DNA of 64,000 nucleotides from Vulcanococcus limneticus LL. Lineage in GTDB: Bacteria > Cyanobacteriota > Cyanobacteriia > PCC-6307 > Cyanobiaceae. The stretch is taken from assembly GCF_943369875.1 (NCBI RefSeq), contig NZ_CALROT020000004.1, positions 101,765 through 165,764 on the forward strand, read 5' to 3'. Made by a program: the position numbers and the translations under genes. The stretch's first letter is position 1. Each line of letters starts with the position of its first letter. The notes under the pieces were generated by a model. The model did not search any database and was not told the DNA's origin. It saw nothing but the letters and a program-made list of their open reading frames with translations. Shown piece by piece: positions 40,334-48,303 of this stretch.

Positions 40334-41353
40334 TTGACAGGCAGCCCTGACTATCAACTTGGCAAGAGAATTGCACAGTTTCTCAATCAGAATGGCAGCA
40401 ACAACAATCCCGACAGCCGACTGATCAACAGCCTGCCAGACCTGATGGGGAGTGATCCATCTCTACTCCCACCCTTACGGGACATGATTCTGCGTCCCAG
40501 CTTGCGCAGGCTGCTGCACGAGAGCCAACCATCCCTCCTGCGGAGTGGACGCGACAGCCTGATTGCAGATCTGCAATTTACCTACAGCAGCACCATCATC
40601 TTTCGACTGCAACGTGTGCTGAGTGGCATCCTCAACCTGCCGGATATCGACGAACCGCGCACTCACGGACAGTGGGTCGATAACCCGCCCCCCCACTCAC
40701 AGGATTGGCCGCCCTCCAGCCACAGCGTTTCAGCACAACCCACCCCCAGCACCACAGTCACCTACGCCATTCAGACGCCATCCCAGGGCCAAAGCGGGCT
40801 GACTGCCGCGATGATCGCCCTGTTGGCCCTCATCTGTGGGGGAGGGCTCGTGGGCTTGATCTGGCTGCTGACCGGCCAATCCCCGCCGACACGCCAGGAT
40901 TCGCCTTCAACAACCCAGGCTCCGACCACGCCCTCACCAGCTGCCCCCGCACCACGTCAGCTGCAGGAGCCCACCCCTGCCCCCTCCAATCCCTGGGGGC
41001 CACCAGAGGAGTACAAATTCGGCCAGGGCCCCAGCCAGACCTATCCAGACACCTGTGCCTTCTCCAAGACGGACGCCCGTGGCGAACGGACGCTGGAGGA
41101 TAAATCACAACTGGAATTCTGGGCTTGCCGTGATGAAGGCGGCGACACCAATACCGGTTATGCCGTGATCTGGGGTGACGGCAAACGCACGGTCTACCGC
41201 TTCATGAACGGCGGGACTGGCGTGGTACAGGGAACCAACGGCCAGGATGTACCGATGTCTTGGCGCAACGACACCCACAACGGCCAGAAGATCATCGCCA
41301 TCAGCCATCAGGACGGGGCAAACTCCTGGATTCCTGGCCATGTGGACGACTGA
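40334..41353 (+). CDS. Island paralogue P3: N-terminal helical domain, TM, unknown beta-rich extracytoplasmic domain
   Basis: DYQLG...YSSTIIFRL; TM MIALLALICGGGLVGLIWLL; C-terminal domain with two Cys and alternating beta-strand patterns. Confidence 0.75.
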   Translation: MTGSPDYQLGKRIAQFLNQNGSNNNPDSRLINSLPDLMGSDPSLLPPLRDMILRPSLRRLLHESQPSLLRSGRDSLIADLQFTYSSTIIFRLQRVLSGILNLPDIDEPRTHGQWVDNPPPHSQDWPPSSHSVSAQPTPSTTVTYAIQTPSQGQSGLTAAMIALLALICGGGLVGLIWLLTGQSPPTRQDSPSTTQAPTTPSPAAPAPRQLQEPTPAPSNPWGPPEEYKFGQGPSQTYPDTCAFSKTDARGERTLEDKSQLEFWACRDEGGDTNTGYAVIWGDGKRTVYRFMNGGTGVVQGTNGQDVPMSWRNDTHNGQKIIAISHQDGANSWIPGHVDD

Positions 41354-41362
41354 ACGCGAGCC

Positions 41363-42513
41363 ATGAACGACCATCAGCTTCGCGTCCTGCTGCGAGAGCG
41401 GATCATGGCCGACCTGCAGAGCGGCATTCCGTGCGAGGGCCAGCACCTGCAGCTGTTGATGGGCGACCCTGCGGCGAGCTTCAGATGCCCCTGCTGCCAG
41501 CCCTGCGCTATCTGGTGAGGAGCCCGGCGTTCAGCAACGCCGTGGAGCAGAGGCCAGCGCTGACCGGGGAAACCCGCCTGCACCTACTGCACGAGGAACT
41601 TGAGAAGGCGTTCACCGTTGCGATCTGCCGACGCATGACGGCGGTGCTGCGGGACCTGCTCGGGCTGCCCGCAGGGGAGATCGCAGCGTTGGGCAAGGCC
41701 AGCGCACCGCCCACCACCCCTGGGCCACAGCCGATGCCAAGGCCTCCGCAACCGCTGCACCGACCGCTGCGGTCCATCGCCGGGCAGTCAAGCCAGTCGA
41801 CGTGAGCGATCCCACAGGGGGGTGAACTGCCCGCGGGCTGGCCGATCGAGGAGTTGATCCGGGAGCAGCCCGGCTGCGGGCGCGCCGCCGCAGGCGGCAG
41901 GCGATCTGTGGCGGTGGTGCTCAGCTTCATGGCCGAGGTGCTGGTGGTGGGCGTCCTGGGAGCGCTGGGCTGGATGGCACAGATCAGCCGTCAACCACTG
42001 CAGCCCCTTCACAGCAGCCAAGGCACCAGCCAGCAGCCGCTGGAAACCGAAGCAGCTCCACTCCAACCACAGGAGCCCGCGGCCAGCCCGCCTTCCCCGG
42101 CACCTGATCTGGGCACACAGGAGGCCAACCCTGACCAGGCGATCACCAGGGCTCAAAAGCTCTATGCCGAGCTCTCGAGCGGCAAGATGGATGCCGTGCG
42201 CCAACTGTTCAGCCCCGCCAGCCTCAGGCAGCGCCAGAGCCAGATCACCGGGCTGGCCACGGGTCAGCTCCAGGCCCGCCAGCTCCAGCGCAACGCCGCC
42301 ACCGATCCGCTCGGGGCCCTGCTCGGCACGGCCTTCCTGGCCCGGGAGCCGCAGCAGACGCCCCGGCCGCTCCGCGCCCTGGGGGCCAGCCCGGAGCTGG
42401 AGGCGGCCCTGGCCGCGACCTGGCCGGCCGGACCGGCGGACAGGAGGATGGGACCACGGCCCGCCCAGGCCGGCCCCACCGGCTCCAGCCGGCCCACGGC
42501 CCCACCGCCATGA
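41363..42513 (+). pseudogene. Island paralogue P4: frameshifted, interrupted and chimeric
   Basis: MNDHQL...MGD then a frameshift near 41468 into ELQMPLLPALRYLV; in-frame TGA at 41803-41805; TM RSVAVVLSF; NTF2-like domain breaks off at FSPA (~42219) and continues into unrelated high-GC sequence. Confidence 0.75.
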
Positions 42514-43556
42514 ACGACTACCAGCTCGGCGCGGCCCTGCGCGCCCAGGTGATCCAGGACCGCCAGCGCGGCCTGCCCGTGGAGGGGCGGCGGCTGCAGG
42601 CGCTGGTGGGCGATCTGGGCGGCGCCGAGCAGGCCGGCCTGCTGCCGGCCCTGCGTTACCTGGTGTTCTGCCCCGCCTTCCACAGCGCGGCGAGCCAGGC
42701 CGAGCCCCTGGCGGATCCGCGGCTGCTGACGCGGCTGATGCAGGAGCTGCAGGAGGTGTTCACCCCCGCCATCTGCCAGCGGATGCAGCGGGTGGTCGAG
42801 GGGCTGCTGGGCCTGCCCGCCACACCGGTCGCGGGTGCAGCCGCGGCTGTCGCCGCCGCACCGGTGCCGGCCCCCGTGCCGGAGCCAGTCGGTCTGGTGG
42901 CGATGCCCGTGCCGCTCGACGATCCGCGCCCGCCCACGTCGGAGCAGGCCCTGGCGCTGCTGGCCGCGAACCGCAGCGGCGCCGGCGGCGGCGGCAGCCG
43001 CTCCCTGGTGGTGGTGCTCTCCTTCCTCTGTGGCGGCCTGCTGGTGGGGCTGCTGGGCCTGCTGGTGTTCCTGCAGATGGCCGGCCGCCGCCAGCCCCAG
43101 CTCGGCACCAGCGAGGCCCGCCCGCCCGTACCTGTGGCCCAGCCGGTGACACCGCCGGCGACCCCGACCCTGCCGGAACCCGAGCCCGGCCCGCCCACCA
43201 GCGACGAGGCGGCCAGCAGCGAGGCCGCCAACCTGAATCAGGCCATCTCCCGGGTGCAGGAGCTCTACGGGGCCCTCTCCAGCAAGAACTACGACGCCGC
43301 CCGCGGCTTCTTCGCCGGAGCCGCCGCCGACCAGTTCGATCCCACCTTCTTCAACCAGTTCGAGCGGGTGAGCGTCGCCGAGCTGCGGGAGAGCGGCCGC
43401 AGCGGCAGCACCCTCACCCTGGAGGGCCAGGTGACCTTCACCTATCCGGATGGCACCAGCCAGCTGGAGAGCCGCAGCTTCACCGTCGACACGGCCACAA
43501 CCCCGGCGGTGATCACGGACAGTGCCTTCGGCCAGGTGCTCAAGGGGCGCCAGTGA
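42510..43556 (+). CDS. Island paralogue P5: N-terminal helical domain, TM, NTF2/SnoaL-like domain (host-like codon usage)
   Basis: DYQLG...FTPAICQRM; TM LVVVLSFLCGGLLVGLLGLLVFL; QFDPTFFNQFERV identical to P1. Confidence 0.82.
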   Translation: MNDYQLGAALRAQVIQDRQRGLPVEGRRLQALVGDLGGAEQAGLLPALRYLVFCPAFHSAASQAEPLADPRLLTRLMQELQEVFTPAICQRMQRVVEGLLGLPATPVAGAAAAVAAAPVPAPVPEPVGLVAMPVPLDDPRPPTSEQALALLAANRSGAGGGGSRSLVVVLSFLCGGLLVGLLGLLVFLQMAGRRQPQLGTSEARPPVPVAQPVTPPATPTLPEPEPGPPTSDEAASSEAANLNQAISRVQELYGALSSKNYDAARGFFAGAAADQFDPTFFNQFERVSVAELRESGRSGSTLTLEGQVTFTYPDGTSQLESRSFTVDTATTPAVITDSAFGQVLKGRQ

Positions 43557-43611
43557 GGACTGGGGCCCTGCGCTGAACCGCGGCCCGTGGAAGCCTGGAG
43601 CGGCGCCCATG

Positions 43612-43635
43612 AAAAAAGCCCCCGGACAGGGGGCT
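43612..43635 (-). terminator. Rho-independent terminator of psrp-3
   Basis: AAAAA-AGCCCCC-GGACA-GGGGGCT on + strand. Confidence 0.75.
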
Positions 43636-43664
43636 CGGCGTCGCCGTCAGCGGAGTGCCCGGAC

Positions 43665-44153
<489 letters not shown>

Positions 44154-44184
44154 TTAGACACAAACAACTAACCTACCAGCCGCC

Positions 44185-45048
44185 GTGGCCCCTGCCCTGA
44201 CGCCCAGCTCACCGGCCAGCCTGCCCGTCGGCCCGTCCAGCGGCGGTGGTCCCGCGGCCGTTCTGCTGTTCGACATCGACGGCGTGATCCGCGATGTGGG
44301 CGCCAGCTACCGCCGCGCCATCGTGGAGACCGTGCACCGGTTCAGCGGCCGGCGGCCCGAACCGGCGGCGATCGATGCCCTCAAGGCCGAGGGCCGCTGG
44401 AACAACGACTGGGAGGCCTCGCTCGAGCTGCTGCGCCGGGGCGGCCTGGGCCAGCCCGGCCAGAGCCCCCTGCCGGCCTTCGCCGACCTGGTGGCGGTGT
44501 TCAACGGCTTCTACTTCGGCGGCGACCCCGACGGGGATCCGTCCGCCTGGCGGGGGTTCATCGGCCAGGAGCCGCTGCTCGTGGAGCGGCCGTTCTTCGA
44601 GGTCCTCAGCGCCGCCGGCGTGGCCTGGGGCTTCGTGAGCGGCGCCGAGCCGCCGTCGGCCCGCTTCGTGCTGGAGGCGCGCCTGGGCCTGGCCGATCCG
44701 CCCCTGATCGCCATGGGCGACGCCCCCGACAAGCCCGATCCCACCGGCCTGCTACGCCTGGCCCACGTCCTGGCCGGCCCCCTGGGCCCCGAGGCGCCCC
44801 CCGTGGCCTACCTGGGCGACACCGTGGCCGACGTGCTCACGGTGCAGCGGGCCCGGGAGCAGCAACCCGGCCAGCGCTTCCTCAGCCTGGCCGTGGCCCC
44901 GCCCCACCTGCAGCAGCCGGGCCGGGAAGCCGAGCGCTGCCGCTACGAGGCCCAGCTGCTGGCCGCCGGCGCGGATGCGGTGATCCCCTCCACCGACCGG
45001 GTGGCGGAGCACCTGCCGTTGACCCCCAGGGACAGCCAGCCCGGATAA
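44185..45048 (+). CDS. HAD-superfamily hydrolase (TIGR01548-like)
   Basis: LLFDIDGVIRDV..SYRRAI, WNNDW, KPDPTGL, YLGDTVADV. Confidence 0.88.
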   Translation: MAPALTPSSPASLPVGPSSGGGPAAVLLFDIDGVIRDVGASYRRAIVETVHRFSGRRPEPAAIDALKAEGRWNNDWEASLELLRRGGLGQPGQSPLPAFADLVAVFNGFYFGGDPDGDPSAWRGFIGQEPLLVERPFFEVLSAAGVAWGFVSGAEPPSARFVLEARLGLADPPLIAMGDAPDKPDPTGLLRLAHVLAGPLGPEAPPVAYLGDTVADVLTVQRAREQQPGQRFLSLAVAPPHLQQPGREAERCRYEAQLLAAGADAVIPSTDRVAEHLPLTPRDSQPG

Positions 45049-45090
45049 GGGACCGCCCTGCCCTCACCGGGATCGCCACGGCCTGACCGA

Positions 45091-45789
45091 TCAGGCGCCC
45101 TCGCGCCCGGGCAGCGCCTCACCCTCCAGAACACAGAGGCACCGGAAGCGCAGGGCCATCAACTGGTCGTAGACGGGGTTGATCTTGCACATCGGCGGGA
45201 TGTGGGCCAGCTTGCGGCCGAACAGCACCAGATCCCGCTCGAACGGGCACTGGGCGGGGATCAGCCGCACCAGCATCCGCGCCACCGCCGCATCCCGGGG
45301 CTCGATCGCCTCCAGCCAGCGCCGCAGCGGATCGAGCAGCCGATGGTTCGGCGCGGGCTCGTCGCCGCAGTCGCTCTCCAGATGGGCCACGAGCTCCTGG
45401 CCCACCGCCAGCAGCTGGCTCCAGTGCCGCAGCAGATCCACCTCCAGGGGGCTGAGGTAGCCATCCGCCAGGGCCACCACCACGGCGCTGCGCAGGAACT
45501 CCTCGGCGAAGGGGGTGCCGATGCCGAGGCGATGGGCCAGGGCCTCATCGCCGGGCAGCCCCAGGTTCTCCAGGGTCTCGCCGGGCACCTCGCGCTCCAG
45601 TTGTGCCTCGAGCTGATGCCGCTCGGCCTCGGCAAGGTGGCCATCCACCAGGGCCAGATGCCGCAGGGCACCGAGCCACACGCGGCGGCGAGCGACGGGA
45701 CAGTCCGGGGAGCTGTATGGAGCCCGCTCAGGGGCACGGTCCCTGGTGCCGGCCTGGGGGCCGGGGTTCTCAACGCGGGGTGCTGTCAT
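45091..45789 (-). CDS. TerB-like / Mo-dependent nitrogenase C-terminal domain protein
   Basis: ALVDG...E and ALADG..SPLE TerB-like repeats; IPAQCPFERD...HIPPMCKINPVYDQL..LRFRCL. Confidence 0.85.
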   Translation of the reverse strand: MTAPRVENPGPQAGTRDRAPERAPYSSPDCPVARRRVWLGALRHLALVDGHLAEAERHQLEAQLEREVPGETLENLGLPGDEALAHRLGIGTPFAEEFLRSAVVVALADGYLSPLEVDLLRHWSQLLAVGQELVAHLESDCGDEPAPNHRLLDPLRRWLEAIEPRDAAVARMLVRLIPAQCPFERDLVLFGRKLAHIPPMCKINPVYDQLMALRFRCLCVLEGEALPGREGA

Positions 45790-45877
45790 CGCCGGATCCA
45801 CGCGGGGCGTGGAGCGTCTGGGGCCGAAGGCCTGGGTGGACGCTATGCAGCCCGCGGGGCCGGCGCAATGGGCCGGC

Positions 45878-47197
45878 TCAGCGCTCCAGCGCCGCCGGCG
45901 CCTTGAGGGCCGCCGCCGTGAGGTTCTCGTAGCCCCGCTCCGTCACGGCCACGTCGTCTTCGATGCGGATGCCGATGCCCTTCCAGCGGTCGTCGATCGC
46001 CGGCTGGCCCTCGGGCACCGCCAGCCGGTCGCTCACGTAGAGGCCCGGCTCCACGGTGAGCACCATGCCCGGCTCCAGGGCCACGTGGTGCTCGCCCAGG
46101 CGATAGGCGCCCACGTCGTGGACATCGAGGCCGAGCCAGTGGCCGGTGCGGTGCATGTAGAGGTGGCGGTAGGCGCCCTGCTCGATGATCCCGTCGGCAT
46201 CGCCTGCCAGCAGCCCCAGCTCCAGCAGGCCCGTCACCAGCACCCGCACGGCCGTCCCATGCACCCCCTCGGCGGTGGCGCCGGGCTGCACCGCCGCCAC
46301 CGCCGCCTCCTGGGCCGCCAGCACCAGCTCGTAGAGGGCCCGCTGCTCGCCCGTGAAGCGGCCGTTCACCGGGAAGGTGCGGGTGATGTCGCCGTTGTAG
46401 TAGTCGGCCAGGGAGCAGCCGGCGTCGATCAGCAGCAGGTCGCCGTCGCGCAGCACGGCGCTGTTGGCCGTGTAGTGCAGCACGCAGGCGTTGTCGCCGC
46501 CGGCGACGATCGAGCCGTAGGCCGGTCCGCGGGCGCCCTGCTCCAGGAAGTGCTGCTCGATCACCGCCTGCACCTGGCGCTCCCCCAGCCCCGGCCGCAC
46601 CACCTCGCGGGCCAGCTCGTGGGCGGCCGCCGAGATGCGGGCCGCCTCCCGCAGCCGCTCCAGCTCCTCGGGACCCTTGCGCAGCCGCAGCTCGTGCAGC
46701 AGCGGGCAGGGGGCCACCAGCCCCAGGGCGGCCGTGCCGCTGCGGGGGGCACGGTCCAGCTGGCTGGCCCAGGCCTGCAGCACCAGCGGCTCCACCGACG
46801 GGTGGCGACCCACCCGGAAGGCGATGCCCTCGGCCCCCTTGAGGTAGTCGCCCAGGCGCTGGGCCAGCTCGCTGCGGGGGTGGGCCAAGTCGGCGCCGAA
46901 GCGCTCCACGGCGCCCTCGCAGCCCCAGCGGCGGCCGTTCCACACCTCGGCGGTGGGGTCCTTCGGCTCCACGAACAGCACGAAGGGGTTCTCCGGGCAG
47001 TGGGGCAGGAACAGCGCCACCGCATCGGGCTCATCGAAGCCGGTGAGATACCAGAAGTCGCTGTTCTGCCGGAACGGGTACTCCACGTCGGCGTGGTGCG
47101 TCACCAGCGGGGCCGCCGGAATCACCGCCGCCGCACCCCCCAGCCGCTCCAGGAAACGGGCGCGGCGGGCGGCAAAGGTCTCGGGCCCGATCAGCAT
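45878..47197 (-). CDS. pepP: Xaa-Pro aminopeptidase
   Basis: PFRQNSDFWYLTGF, CVLHY, LIDAGC...YNGDITRT, HRTGHWLGLDVHD, TVEPGLY, GIRIEDD. Confidence 0.95.
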   Translation of the reverse strand: MLIGPETFAARRARFLERLGGAAAVIPAAPLVTHHADVEYPFRQNSDFWYLTGFDEPDAVALFLPHCPENPFVLFVEPKDPTAEVWNGRRWGCEGAVERFGADLAHPRSELAQRLGDYLKGAEGIAFRVGRHPSVEPLVLQAWASQLDRAPRSGTAALGLVAPCPLLHELRLRKGPEELERLREAARISAAAHELAREVVRPGLGERQVQAVIEQHFLEQGARGPAYGSIVAGGDNACVLHYTANSAVLRDGDLLLIDAGCSLADYYNGDITRTFPVNGRFTGEQRALYELVLAAQEAAVAAVQPGATAEGVHGTAVRVLVTGLLELGLLAGDADGIIEQGAYRHLYMHRTGHWLGLDVHDVGAYRLGEHHVALEPGMVLTVEPGLYVSDRLAVPEGQPAIDDRWKGIGIRIEDDVAVTERGYENLTAAALKAPAALER

Positions 47198-47280
47198 GGG
47201 CGGCGGCGCAGGGGCTGAGCGCGACGATGGCACAGCCGCTTCAATGCGTGCGGCTTGAATAGCGGGATGAGCCCACGGCG

Positions 47281-48303
47281 ATGAATGAGCTGATCGGCCT
47301 GGCGGCCCTGGTGGTGCTGATCCTGGTGGGATCCGCCGTCTGCTCCGGGGTGGAGGCCGCCCTGCTCACCGCCAACCCGCTGCGGGTGCATGAACTGGCG
47401 GGCAGGCCCCAGCCGCCCCGCGGCGCCCGCAGCCTGCAGCAGCTGAAGAGCCGCATGGGCCGGGCCCTGGCGGTGCTGGTGATCGCCAACAACGGCTTCA
47501 ACATCTTCGGCAGCCTGATGCTGGGCGGCTACGCGGCCCAGGTGTTCGAGCGCCTGGGGCTGCGGGGCGCGGCCCTGCCGCTGTTCTCCGTGGGCCTCAC
47601 CGTGCTGGTGATCCTGCTGGGCGAGATCCTGCCCAAGGCCCTGGGCAGCCGCCTGGCCCTGCCGGTGTCGCTGGCCAGCGCCGCGGCGGTGTCGCTGCTG
47701 CTCAGGGTGATGCTGCCGCTGGTGCTGCTGCTGGAGCGGCTGATGCCGGCGATCACGGCCGAGAACGAGCTCACCACCGACGAGGAGGAGATCCGGCTGC
47801 TGGCGCGGCTGGGCTCCCAGAAGGGGCAGATCGAGGCGGATGAGGCCGCCATGATCGGCAAGGTGTTCCAGCTCAACGACCTCACCGCCCGCGATCTGAT
47901 GCTGCCGCGGGTGTCGGCCCCCACCCTGCCGGGCCAGGCCGAACTCAGCGCCGTGCGCGACACCCTGGTGCAGCCGGGGGCCAGTTCCTGGGTGGTGCTG
48001 GGCCAGGAGGTGGACGAGGTGCTGGGCGTGGCCAGCCGCGAGGATCTGCTGGCGGCCCTGGTGCGCGGCGAGGGCGGCAGCACCGTGGCCCAGCACAGCG
48101 AGCCGGTGGAGTTCGTGCCGGAGATGATCCGCGCCGACCGGCTGCTGACCGCCTTCCGCCGCCGCAGCCAGGCCCAGCGGGTGGTGGTGGATGAATTCGG
48201 CGGCTTCGTGGGGGTGATCGGGGCCGAGGCCGTGCTGGCGGTGCTGGCAGGCTGGTGGCGCCGTCCCCCGGGCGGCAGGTCCCTGGAGGCCTTCAGCCCA
48301 TGA
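47281..48303 (+). CDS. CNNM/DUF21 + CBS domain protein (hemolysin-like transporter)
   Basis: SAVCSGVEAALL, LVIANN, GEILPKA, VVVDEFGGFVG. Confidence 0.88.
   Translation: MNELIGLAALVVLILVGSAVCSGVEAALLTANPLRVHELAGRPQPPRGARSLQQLKSRMGRALAVLVIANNGFNIFGSLMLGGYAAQVFERLGLRGAALPLFSVGLTVLVILLGEILPKALGSRLALPVSLASAAAVSLLLRVMLPLVLLLERLMPAITAENELTTDEEEIRLLARLGSQKGQIEADEAAMIGKVFQLNDLTARDLMLPRVSAPTLPGQAELSAVRDTLVQPGASSWVVLGQEVDEVLGVASREDLLAALVRGEGGSTVAQHSEPVEFVPEMIRADRLLTAFRRRSQAQRVVVDEFGGFVGVIGAEAVLAVLAGWWRRPPGGRSLEAFSP

Noticed and set aside
41455-41480. Programmed frameshift rescuing P4
   Set aside because: No slippery heptamer is present, and the gene has a further in-frame stop and a truncated outer domain, so decay (or an assembly error) is the simpler explanation.
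28400-43660. Prophage, IS or integrative-element explanation for the island
   Set aside because: No integrase, transposase, phage structural gene or terminal direct repeat could be found by eye at either edge.
45091-45789. TerB-like protein as part of the TerY system
   Set aside because: It has host codon usage, lies beyond psrp-3 among core genes and is a widespread cyanobacterial family; proximity alone is not evidence.
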